64,000 nucleotides of DNA from Staphylococcus phage SAC, in sequence record OR234014.1; one strand, given 5' to 3'. Below the pieces are notes generated by a model that was given only the letters and a program-made list of their open reading frames with translations, did not search any database and was not told the origin of the DNA. Each line of letters starts with the position of its first letter. The first letter of the stretch is position 1. Positions 44,561 to 53,757 of the stretch are shown in pieces. The translations under genes were made by a program, and so were the position numbers.

Positions 44561-44685
44561 AATACAACTCCTCGTTACTAAGTCTTTATTGAAGCGGTTA
44601 TTTAACCCCTCTATATACTAGTACTACACATAATAATACAAGTGCTGTACATATGTAAGTATACTGAATATTACTATATACCAAA

Positions 44686-45087
44686 TCACAATACGTTACC
44701 ATCTTTCCATATAGTAACTAACTCATTATCTACAACAGTACTAACAGACAATAACCATGTATTTTTACCTTCGACATAGTAGTCAATAACTTCATTAATA
44801 CTACTTCTATACCATACTGAGTTTAATACACTGTTACCTTGCTTATAAGTAACTACTATACTACTTAACTCAGTAGAAGCATCTATAACCGCTTCTACAA
44901 TAAACTTAGTGTCATTAGGTATAGTAATAGATTTATTAGGATACAATGCATTATAAAACGATATATCATCAACAGTTATAACAACAATAAACTGACTATC
45001 AGTAGAATAGTGTCGACCTTTTTTTATATCACCTTTATAATACATATACATTAATTCTATAAACGAAACTTCTCTTTTAATCTTCAT
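44686..45087 (-). CDS. 'IWKDG'-family protein (133 aa), paralogue of 31280-31687 and 48320-48712
   Basis: MKIKREVSFIELM...C-terminal LVTIWKDGNVL. Confidence 0.55.
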   Translation of the reverse strand: MKIKREVSFIELMYMYYKGDIKKGRHYSTDSQFIVVITVDDISFYNALYPNKSITIPNDTKFIVEAVIDASTELSSIVVTYKQGNSVLNSVWYRSSINEVIDYYVEGKNTWLLSVSTVVDNELVTIWKDGNVL

Positions 45088-46119
45088 AATAAATCATCTC
45101 CTTTAACTTTATATACTTAGTATAAACCATAAGTAATATACTGTCAACACATATGTGTAAAATAGTTAAAATTTCTTTATTGTTCGGAAATTACTAAATA
45201 TATTAAACTTTTACTCTAGGGAAAATTAAGTCAATACTACCACAGAAACAAACTATATATATATATTAAATAAGCAATGTTCAGAATTATAGTATACCAT
45301 ATACACAATATCTGATACTAAATATACCTTTATACACAGTAAATACTACTTCAGCTTAGTTTAACTACACATTAGAATAGTTTAGCATATAATCAGCATA
45401 GTTTAATACTACATAAGCATAGTTCACAGTAGTTAAAACTATATAAAAATAAATAGTTAGATGTCTAATAGTTAGATACCTAACTATTTATACACTATGA
45501 AGGTGGGAAGCAAAGAAATTCCTAGGTAACTGTTCTTACTTGCTACTTGCTACTTAGTATATAGGTATACCATGTACCTGTTTTCTTTTAATTACTTACT
45601 AGCTATTACTTAGTATCTACTTATTTATCTATCTAGAAGATGTAAAGAAATTACTAGGTAACTGTTCTTACCTAACCTAAGTGATAGTGGTAGCTACTTT
45701 CTTTTAGCTACTTTCTTTTAGTTACTTACCTATTACTTAATATCTATTACTTACTATTAGAATATTTATTAATACTTAAGTTACTTAATAATTCTTTCTT
45801 CTTATTATTCATATCTTCAAACTGTTATACAGTATTTATTTACTTATTTATTTACTTATCTATTTAGCTATTACTTATACACTACCTACTACCTACTGCT
45901 TATCTATGTGCTATCAATTATTGTTTTTTTATCTATTATTTATTTCCTTGATATATAGGTACTTATAATATCAGTTGTTTCTTTATGTGTTACTTATCTG
46001 ATTTCTTTATCTACTTATATATATTGCTTTCTTTTACCTATTACTTACTTATATAACTTCTACCTACATCAATCTCTATACCTATTTGTTTGTCTGTTTG
46101 GTTGTTTACTCTTCTACAC

Positions 46120-47154
46120 TTACCTATATACATGTCTATATCTTTTAATTACTTCTTTACTATCTATATTAGAGTATTTAAATGTTCTTTGTAGGTTACT
46201 TAATATATGTTTAAAGGTAGATTTTCTAGCATCAATCTCTATATATTGTATACTATTTTCTTTACAATATTCTCTCTTTTCTATGTCTGATAATTTTGTT
46301 TTCTGGTGGTTCATGTATCCACTGACTTCTTGGTAATGTTGAACACCGTGTACTTCTATAACGGTATTATACTTAGGTAAGAAAAAATCAAATCTTTTTT
46401 TACCTAATTCTTTAAATTTATATTCTCTAATATACTCTATGTTTGCAATATCTAAATAACTTTGTGTTAATCTTTCTCCGAAGCTAGAGTATTGTTTAGA
46501 GCATTGACAGCTATAGTTATCTTTAATTAAATCTGTAATTCTAATATCTTTTTTTCTTTTACAATTAGGACAAATCGTTTCTATCTTTTTCTTAGTTGTA
46601 TACTTATATTTAAATAAGTCTTTATATTTAACATACTTATGAATATGTTTCTTATGGTATAACATCTTAGATTGAGGAATAGTACCATATGGTATATAGT
46701 TATCAGTTTTATATTTTAGTAAATTTTGTTTACTTACTTTACCATAGACTTCTTCCTTTATGTTATATACATAAAGTTGTGTACCTAAATGAGTGTCTAC
46801 TACTTTTAGTACTTCGCAATTTTTAATAATATCTCCTTGTTTTATATTATGAACAGTATAAGACTTCTGACCTTGGGTAATAAAGTTGAATTTAACCTTA
46901 TAGACATTAGCTACTTGGGTAGCTTGGGTTTTATTGTTGTAAGTTATTTCTACTCTAGATTCTTTTTTAGTTGGTGTAAGGTATTTAATATAGAGCTTAC
47001 CTTTCGTGCTATGATACTCAAAGGGTATATAATGGTTTACATTTACCCAATCAATACGAGACTTCTTTTTAGGTAAGGAAGATAAGTCTATATAGCTTAT
47101 AACACCTTGTTTTGTTTTTGAATAATATATGTCTTGTTCTTTCCAGTACTCCAT
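46120..47154 (-). CDS. Free-standing homing-endonuclease-like protein (344 aa) with zinc-ribbon and a Vsr/DUF559-like nuclease domain; paralogue of the intron A endonuclease
   Basis: CPNCKRKKD...C.C zinc ribbon; C-terminus RFDFFLPKYNTVIEVHGVQHYQ aligns with YDFYLPEYDTLIEYQGIQHYQ of the 3067-4032 ORF. Confidence 0.6.
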   Translation of the reverse strand: MEYWKEQDIYYSKTKQGVISYIDLSSLPKKKSRIDWVNVNHYIPFEYHSTKGKLYIKYLTPTKKESRVEITYNNKTQATQVANVYKVKFNFITQGQKSYTVHNIKQGDIIKNCEVLKVVDTHLGTQLYVYNIKEEVYGKVSKQNLLKYKTDNYIPYGTIPQSKMLYHKKHIHKYVKYKDLFKYKYTTKKKIETICPNCKRKKDIRITDLIKDNYSCQCSKQYSSFGERLTQSYLDIANIEYIREYKFKELGKKRFDFFLPKYNTVIEVHGVQHYQEVSGYMNHQKTKLSDIEKREYCKENSIQYIEIDARKSTFKHILSNLQRTFKYSNIDSKEVIKRYRHVYR

Positions 47155-47175
47155 AATAAGTGCTCCTCTTACTCT

Positions 47176-47448
47176 TTATTGAACCTGTTCTCCTGTATCT
47201 TGATTAAACACTTTAGCATTTGGGTTATGTGTTTCACCTTCTTGATACTCTGTACCCCATAATCTTTTACGTTCTTCACTAACGTCTTTATGCTCTCCGT
47301 TATTCTCAGGTACGTATGAAGTATGGTCATCTGCATCATTATTTTGAGATTCTTGGTTACTTTGTTCTACTTGCTCTTGGTTTTTCAACACATTGATTAT
47401 TGTTAGTACAATTAATACGGATAAAACTAAACTTAATATTTTTTTCAT
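47176..47448 (-). CDS. Secreted small protein with signal peptide (90 aa)
   Basis: MKKILSLVLSVLIVLTIINVL signal-like N-terminus, then a polar Q/E/N-rich mature part. Confidence 0.55.
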   Translation of the reverse strand: MKKILSLVLSVLIVLTIINVLKNQEQVEQSNQESQNNDADDHTSYVPENNGEHKDVSEERKRLWGTEYQEGETHNPNAKVFNQDTGEQVQ

Positions 47449-47588
47449 GATTAATGTCTCCTCTATAATTATTTAACTTATATACTTATTATAAACCTTA
47501 CACTTATTCATGTCAACACTTATATATGAAAAAAGTAGGATATTTTATCCTACTTATTACTTACTAAGAAATACTCATACTTAAATTA

Positions 47589-48320
47589 TTATAGCTGGTT
47601 TTTAAAGAACTGATAAGCTAGTACAATGTTGGTACGCTCTTTATTATCTCCTTCATTCATTTCTAATCCTTTTTTTAGAAATTCTTCTAAATTTCCTTCC
47701 CAACATCCTACAAATACTTTATTATATTTAGGTAGGTACGTTACTTTATTTTTAAAACTACCAATATTATCTATAGAATACATTTCTAAACCTCTAATAC
47801 CTTGAGTACTTGCCCAAGACAGCTCAGCACCTGTTAAATCAACATAGCTTAAGTTAACATCTAATAAATTAGCAGACCTTAAATCAGCGTTTGTTAAATT
47901 AATACCTGATAAGAAGGCACGCTTTAAGTCAGCCTCTATTAAAGTAGCATTTGTTAAATCACTATCTAATAAATCAACACCTGTTAAGTTAGCTTCTTCT
48001 AAAGAAGCATATCTTAAGCTAGAACTTAATATATCAGCATAGTTTAAATCCGCATATGCTAAGATAGCTTCTGTTAAATTAACTTCTATTAGTTTAGCAC
48101 AACTTAAATCAGCATGCCTTAAATCTGCTCCTGTTAAATCTACATAACTTAAATCAGCACCTATTAAGGTAGCTTCTCTTAAATCAACATCCTTTAAATC
48201 TAGGTCACGTAAGTCTGTAAAACTTAAATCTGCTCTTTTACCTTCTTCCTCATTGCTTTCTATCCATAATTTATGTTCTTCTAGAGCTTTATTTAATTCT
48301 TCTTTTGTTATTGTTTTCAT
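47589..48320 (-). CDS. Pentapeptide-repeat protein, copy 1 (243 aa)
   Basis: More than 20 consecutive A(D/N)L.. pentapeptides (ADLSYVDLTGADLRHADLSCAKLIEVNLTEA...). Confidence 0.75.
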   Translation of the reverse strand: MKTITKEELNKALEEHKLWIESNEEEGKRADLSFTDLRDLDLKDVDLREATLIGADLSYVDLTGADLRHADLSCAKLIEVNLTEAILAYADLNYADILSSSLRYASLEEANLTGVDLLDSDLTNATLIEADLKRAFLSGINLTNADLRSANLLDVNLSYVDLTGAELSWASTQGIRGLEMYSIDNIGSFKNKVTYLPKYNKVFVGCWEGNLEEFLKKGLEMNEGDNKERTNIVLAYQFFKNQL

Positions 48321-48712
48321 TATTCTCCTCCTCTATTAAAATAATCATCATTTCTCCATACATTAATAAAGGTACCATCGATTAAGATACTGATAGTTAA
48401 TAATTCATCTCCGTATATTTCTATACAATCATTAATACTCACATTACCTGTGTTATCCATGAATAGTTCTTTTGCATGACTATTTAATAATACCCAGCAG
48501 TTTTCTAGTTTTGTGTCATTAGTAATTTCTTCTTCTACTATAAAACTAGCGTCCAAAGGTACTTGATATCCAATAGTCATACGGTTATTTTCTAACAGAA
48601 GGTAATAAGTATCTAAGCCATCGGATGTACCTGTGTAAGTACCTTCTTTTAAATAACCATTAAAGTATTTTTCTATTAATTCTTTACAAGTATATGTCTT
48701 TTGAATTATCAT
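48320..48712 (-). CDS. 'IWKDG'-family protein (130 aa)
   Basis: EEEITNDTKL core and C-terminal FINVWRNDDY variant; ATGA overlap with the upstream pentapeptide gene. Confidence 0.5.
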   Translation of the reverse strand: MIIQKTYTCKELIEKYFNGYLKEGTYTGTSDGLDTYYLLLENNRMTIGYQVPLDASFIVEEEITNDTKLENCWVLLNSHAKELFMDNTGNVSINDCIEIYGDELLTISILIDGTFINVWRNDDYFNRGGE

Positions 48713-48909
48713 TATTCTCCCACCTTATAAAATTTATTTAGAATAAGATACAACTCTTTTAATGTCTCTCTTTTCTCTTTGTTTTCGATAGGTAAATCTA
48801 AAAAGTCTTTAATCATTCTATGTGCATTTACATATGATACATCATCAATATCTTTATTCAACACCCTGTTTGCTTCATTATATAATTGTTCTAATTGTTT
48901 ATTATTCAT
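48712..48909 (-). CDS. Hypothetical small protein (65 aa)
   Basis: ORF; overlapping start. Confidence 0.45.
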   Translation of the reverse strand: MNNKQLEQLYNEANRVLNKDIDDVSYVNAHRMIKDFLDLPIENKEKRETLKELYLILNKFYKVGE

Positions 48910-49012
48910 TTTGTTTATCTCCTTTAACTTTGTATACTAAGTATAACCCACACTTATAACAATGTCAACACTTATTTATAAAAAAAGTAGGGAAATTCCC
49001 TACTTTCCACCT

Positions 49013-49537
49013 TTACTCAATAGTTCCAATACATACTTTTGATTCAGGTAATAAATCTTCTGGAATGTCTTCTACTAAAACTACATTACTTACAATATTA
49101 CCTACTTCACTTAAAGTAAAAACATCTGCCTCAACCAACCCATAAAAGTCTATAATATGTTGTTTATATTTATGATTACATACTACTAAAGGTACATTGT
49201 ACTCAAACGCTAAGAGTTTAACAGTAAATGAATTAATACTATTTTTATCAGTCCCTATTTGTAAAAGAGATTCATATGATTCTACCTCTAAATCATATGT
49301 GTCTACTTCTCGTGAACTTAACACTAAAGATTCTCTCTTTTTTAATGCCTCTAGAAAAGTGTCATAATAGTACTTTGATAACTCTTTATCTCTTTCTAGT
49401 ATACGTTTTAGCGTACTAATTGCTTTATTTCTACCTTGTTCAACTTCATTATAATAAATATCTGCCAAATATTCTCTATCTATGTTAATATCCCATTCTC
49501 TTTCAATAATATTTATAATTTTACCTAAATTTTTCAT
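49013..49537 (-). CDS. Hypothetical early protein (174 aa)
   Basis: ORF. Confidence 0.5.
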   Translation of the reverse strand: MKNLGKIINIIEREWDINIDREYLADIYYNEVEQGRNKAISTLKRILERDKELSKYYYDTFLEALKKRESLVLSSREVDTYDLEVESYESLLQIGTDKNSINSFTVKLLAFEYNVPLVVCNHKYKQHIIDFYGLVEADVFTLSEVGNIVSNVVLVEDIPEDLLPESKVCIGTIE

Positions 49538-49554
49538 TATTCATACCCCTTTTT

Positions 49555-50451
49555 TTAAAATACCACAGTATTATTATTCAATGTTTCCTCTACTATTTCC
49601 TGTATATCAATTGCTTTTTGCACATACCTGTTAGTTAGTAGTATACCATCTCTATATACCTTAACATTAGATACATCATTACTCACTACAAATTCGTATT
49701 TACTTGTTTTAGTAGCAGTAATTTTAAAATAAGGTTTAATATCTACCTTTAATTTATACCCATTAATAGTTCTTACTTCTTTTACCCAGTCGTATAAATC
49801 AATTCTAACAAATCTACAGTAAGCTTCATACTTATCACAAAAATCTTCTAGTGTACTAAAGTTTTGTACATAACCATTCTTTGTAATTTTAGCAGTTAAA
49901 TCACCATAAATATATATTGTAATATAACCTAACACATATTCATTCCTATGATTAAGCAATTCATTTTTAAATGTATGCTTAGCTGTGACAGGTACTTTAT
50001 TAAGTATATCTTTTAATTTATTTACTTCATCTTGTTTTAATAAGATACTCGACTCATATGTTACATTATTAATAATGTATTGGTATTTTGTATTAGAATC
50101 GTAGATGTATTCATACGTATCTTTATACACTACCTTTTTTAAGTACTTATCGTTAACATGTAAGATAATTTTGTCTTCATTACTAGAAGAGTCAATAGTT
50201 ACAGTAGAGACAGTATACTCTTTCTTTATGTTTTCAATTACCTCTTCTACTTTAGTTTGAATAATGTGTTCAGTAGGTGTTATATACTTTTCATAGTACT
50301 CAGAAGCCATGTCTTTAGTATATTGACTATAGTTAATATCTGCGTCTTCTTTACGTTTTTTTGCTTTGCTTAAATCTGGTATAACAATAATTAGTACACT
50401 TAGCAATATAATACCTAAAACAATTAAAAATGTAATCACCATACCTACCAT
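49555..50451 (-). CDS. Membrane-anchored protein (298 aa), N-terminal TM
   Basis: MVGMVITFLIVLGIILLSVLIIVIPDL TM. Confidence 0.55.
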   Translation of the reverse strand: MVGMVITFLIVLGIILLSVLIIVIPDLSKAKKRKEDADINYSQYTKDMASEYYEKYITPTEHIIQTKVEEVIENIKKEYTVSTVTIDSSSNEDKIILHVNDKYLKKVVYKDTYEYIYDSNTKYQYIINNVTYESSILLKQDEVNKLKDILNKVPVTAKHTFKNELLNHRNEYVLGYITIYIYGDLTAKITKNGYVQNFSTLEDFCDKYEAYCRFVRIDLYDWVKEVRTINGYKLKVDIKPYFKITATKTSKYEFVVSNDVSNVKVYRDGILLTNRYVQKAIDIQEIVEETLNNNTVVF

Positions 50452-50702
50452 TCCCCTTCCTCCTCTATATCTCTTTTTATTGCATATTCAATTAAATCTT
50501 CTTTGTCATATGGTATCATATACCAACTACCATAACTATAAATCATTATACCTAGTTCAGTAAGCTCATAATGTGTCCTATTTAATACGCATAAAAAGTC
50601 AGCACCTGACTCACCATCTACAGTATCTAACCAACAAATATATGGTAATCTATCCATAACATTAAGTATATGTTTATGTTCGTCTGAATTAAATTTTATC
50701 AA
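50445..50702 (-). CDS. Hypothetical early protein (85 aa)
   Basis: ORF overlapped by the pentapeptide copy-2 gene's end. Confidence 0.45.
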   Translation of the reverse strand: MIKFNSDEHKHILNVMDRLPYICWLDTVDGESGADFLCVLNRTHYELTELGIMIYSYGSWYMIPYDKEDLIEYAIKRDIEEEGEW

Positions 50703-51408
50703 TTTCTTTCACTCCTTTAAAGAAATCGTAAGCTAATTTAATTTTCTTTGAGACTTCTTTTATTCTATCTTCTTCGTACTCAAGTGTAGGTTCTAGTTTA
50801 CCAAACTCTTCAAGGGTATATTCATTATAATTACTAATAATTCTATCATAATCAGGTAAATAAGTTACATGCTCGTCAAAATCAAGTACATTACTTATAG
50901 TATATATACTTATTCCAAATACGTCAAGAGTATTAGCATAATATAATGTTGTATTAGTTAGGTTTGTACCACCGAAATCTGCACCTTTTAAATTAGCCTT
51001 ACTTAAGTTAGCATTTTTCATATTAGCCCACCTAGCGTCTGCTTCACTTACATTAGCTTCAGCTAAGCAGGCATTTTCTAAGTTTGCTTTTACTAAATTA
51101 GCCCCCTCTAAGTTAGTATGATACAACTCAATATCATTCATTCTAGCATGTGTAAATCTCGTAGATATACACTCATTGTAACTTAAATCAGAATAACTTA
51201 AATCACAATAACTTAGGTTAGCATCACTTAAACTAGACATTACAATAGTTGAATATTGAAGGTCAGCGGAATGAAAGTCAAGATTTCTTAAATCTACACA
51301 CTGTAAAAAAAGCTTTTCTCCTTCCTTTTCATTTGTAGCTAGCCATTGTTCATGCTTTTCTATCAATAAATCTAATTCAGGTTGTGTTATCCTTTTTAAG
51401 TCTTGCAT
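50689..51408 (-). CDS. Pentapeptide-repeat protein, copy 2 (239 aa)
   Basis: ANLSYCDLSYSDLSYNE...ANLVKANLENACLAEANVSEADARWANMKNANLSKANLKGADF repeats. Confidence 0.7.
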   Translation of the reverse strand: MQDLKRITQPELDLLIEKHEQWLATNEKEGEKLFLQCVDLRNLDFHSADLQYSTIVMSSLSDANLSYCDLSYSDLSYNECISTRFTHARMNDIELYHTNLEGANLVKANLENACLAEANVSEADARWANMKNANLSKANLKGADFGGTNLTNTTLYYANTLDVFGISIYTISNVLDFDEHVTYLPDYDRIISNYNEYTLEEFGKLEPTLEYEEDRIKEVSKKIKLAYDFFKGVKEIDKI

Positions 51409-51614
51409 TATTCCACGTCCTTTAATACAATTTGCTCTATATTAAATCTATTAAATCCATATACATAAGCTTTTAAATCGTCAATATCAATTTTACTTTT
51501 AGGTAAACAAATAACATCATAGTCTGCCTCAATAATTACTTTAGTACTTGTAACTGTTATAATTATTTCTTTATCTTGATTTATATAATCTTCAATTAAA
51601 TCTTTTAAACACAT
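51408..51614 (-). CDS. Hypothetical small protein (68 aa)
   Basis: ORF. Confidence 0.45.
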   Translation of the reverse strand: MCLKDLIEDYINQDKEIIITVTSTKVIIEADYDVICLPKSKIDIDDLKAYVYGFNRFNIEQIVLKDVE

Positions 51615-51619
51615 TATTA

Positions 51620-52171
51620 TCAGTCCTTTAATCTTTTATGAATGTCTTTTAATTCTACATAATACTTATGTGCTGTTTTCTTTACACCTTCTATACTATT
51701 TAATAGTAAAGATTTATTTCTTTCAAGTTCAACAATATTTTTGTTAATTATATCTTTTGTCTTAGGGTTTCTTGTTTTAATCATGCTGATATGTGCTTCA
51801 TGGATACTAATATCTATTCTATCTAATTTAGTAAATAGAGGTGTAACAGTTCTTTTTAGCTTACCTTTAATATACGTATCTATTTGTTCTCTTGCTTCTT
51901 TTATACCTTCCCAATTATCATCTTCAGTATCTATAACTGTAATAATAGTTAGATGCTTATCAATAACAATTCTATAATTTTTAAATACATATACTTCATT
52001 ACCGCCTTTTTGTGTATGTTCAAAAGTAGCTTGCATTAAAGCACTAGCAAACCACTGACAAGCACGTTCTTTACTATCGTTACTAACTCTTAAAGTATAA
52101 CGTTCATACGCATGTTTAGTTAGGTTAATATGCTTACTCTTTATGGGTTTTCGTTGTTCTACAATGTTCAT
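51620..52171 (-). CDS. Hypothetical early protein (183 aa)
   Basis: ORF. Confidence 0.5.
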   Translation of the reverse strand: MNIVEQRKPIKSKHINLTKHAYERYTLRVSNDSKERACQWFASALMQATFEHTQKGGNEVYVFKNYRIVIDKHLTIITVIDTEDDNWEGIKEAREQIDTYIKGKLKRTVTPLFTKLDRIDISIHEAHISMIKTRNPKTKDIINKNIVELERNKSLLLNSIEGVKKTAHKYYVELKDIHKRLKD

Positions 52172-52189
52172 AATTAATCATCCTTATAT

Positions 52190-52846
52190 CTATTTACGTT
52201 TACTAAAAAAGCAGTAAGCATCTCTTATTTCCTCAAGTTTACTATTATTTCCTTCATTCATCTCTAATCCCTTTTCTAAAAACGCTTCTAAACTACCTAT
52301 CCAACACCCTGCGTATACTCTATCTAAGCTAGGAATATAAGTCACTTTACCATTAAAAGTTCCAATATTATCTATAGAGTATACTTTTAGTCCTTTGATA
52401 TTTTGAGTACTTGCTTGGGATAATTTAGCATCTGTTAAATTGGTATTTGTTAAGTCTGCATATTCTAAATTAGCCTCATTTAATCTGGAATCTGTTAAAT
52501 TAGCTTTTCTTAAATCAGCATAATATAAATCAGTTCCATATAAAACAGAACCTTCTAAGTTAGCATCATCTAAATCAACACAGCTTAAGTTAGCACGTGT
52601 TAAGTTAGCTCTTGTTAAATCCGCACCTTTTAAGATAGCACCTCTTAAATTAGTATCCTCTAAATCAGCATACCTTAAGACAGCACCTCTTAAATTAGCA
52701 CTCCTTAAGTCAGCATCTACTAAATTAGCATTTCTTAAGATAGTATAACTTAAATCTGCTTTAGCTCCTTCTTCACTATTACTATCTAACCATAATTTAT
52801 GCTCTTCTAAAACTTTATGTAGTTCTTCTTTTGTTATTGTTTTCAT
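52190..52846 (-). CDS. Pentapeptide-repeat protein, copy 3 (~218 aa from ATG 52846)
   Basis: MKTITKEELHKVLEEHKLWLDSN... is nearly identical to the copy-1 N-terminus; SD AGGAG 7 nt upstream; the track start 52984 is a GTG in an upstream extension. Confidence 0.7.
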   Translation of the reverse strand: MKTITKEELHKVLEEHKLWLDSNSEEGAKADLSYTILRNANLVDADLRSANLRGAVLRYADLEDTNLRGAILKGADLTRANLTRANLSCVDLDDANLEGSVLYGTDLYYADLRKANLTDSRLNEANLEYADLTNTNLTDAKLSQASTQNIKGLKVYSIDNIGTFNGKVTYIPSLDRVYAGCWIGSLEAFLEKGLEMNEGNNSKLEEIRDAYCFFSKRK

Positions 52847-52868
52847 TGTTATTCTCCTATACCCTTTA

Positions 52869-53384
52869 TTAATTTGCTTGTACTCCAGCCTCAGCCTTTT
52901 CTTGTTGCGAGCGTTGTAACCATTGCTCAAAGCTCTCATTAGCACCTGCATAATTCCATGAGGCTCCTCCGCCTCCACCGCCACTAGCTTTATCTACTTC
53001 AGTTCTGTTTTCTAATTCTGCTTGTGCTTGTTGAGCTTCTCTATACTGATTGTATTTGTCCGCATACTCAGCATTAGATAGTCCATTATGTTCACTTCTG
53101 CTTGCCTCTTGCATTTGTTCGTTCTGTTGTGCTTGGTTACCTTGTACTTGGTTATCTTGTTGGTTATTTTGAACAGTGTTGTCTTCTTGAATTTGTTTAT
53201 TTTCTTGTTCTTCTACTTTAGATGAACCATCTTTCTTATTTTCTTTCTTATTTTCTTTCTTATCTTCTTTATAATCATGTGTTGGTGTATCTTCTTGTGA
53301 GTAGTAAGCACAACCTCCTAATAATAGTGTAGTGCTAAAGAATACTCCTGTTAAAATTTTATATAAGTTTTTCATATTTATCAA
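52869..53384 (-). CDS. Lipoprotein with low-complexity Q/N-rich and Gly6 segments (171 aa)
   Basis: Signal peptide with lipobox LLLGGC; KKENKKENKK and NNQQDNQVQGNQAQQNEQ repeats; GGGGGG. Confidence 0.6.
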   Translation of the reverse strand: MINMKNLYKILTGVFFSTTLLLGGCAYYSQEDTPTHDYKEDKKENKKENKKDGSSKVEEQENKQIQEDNTVQNNQQDNQVQGNQAQQNEQMQEASRSEHNGLSNAEYADKYNQYREAQQAQAELENRTEVDKASGGGGGGASWNYAGANESFEQWLQRSQQEKAEAGVQAN

Positions 53385-53509
53385 TCTCCTTTTTCTTTGT
53401 TAAGTTAATTATACAACTTGTTATTTAGTAAGTCAACATTTATTTTTTCTTTTTTGTCATTTTATTTTGATACTCTTTTAATTGTGTTCTTTGTTCTGGC
53501 GTTAGCATG

Positions 53510-53755
53510 TTATACATCTCCTTTTAAAATTAATTCTAAATACTTAAATAATAAATCTAATGACTCAGTACTTTTTAAACTTTTCATATTAGTAAGTTCT
53601 AAACCTTTTTTAGTTCTTATATACACTTTTCTATTTGTAAAGTCTTTTATACTATAATCTACAAGACTAACCGATGTATTTAAGTTATGTTGTGTATTTA
53701 GATTATCACTAATCAATTCCAACGTCAAGCGTTTTTGTTTATTTAAATTTTTCAT
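53510..53755 (-). CDS. Hypothetical early protein (81 aa)
   Basis: Preferred over the overlapping plus-strand ORF 53418-53657. Confidence 0.45.
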   Translation of the reverse strand: MKNLNKQKRLTLELISDNLNTQHNLNTSVSLVDYSIKDFTNRKVYIRTKKGLELTNMKSLKSTESLDLLFKYLELILKGDV

Positions 53756-53757
53756 TT

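Noticed and set aside
45550-46120. Protein-coding potential of the pyrimidine-rich repeat tract
   Set aside because: Every frame on both strands is broken by stops within <40 codons, and composition is extremely skewed; treated as noncoding
53418-53657. Plus-strand 79-aa ORF
   Set aside because: Antisense to the early operon, hydrophobic low-complexity, overlaps the better-supported minus ORF 53510-53755
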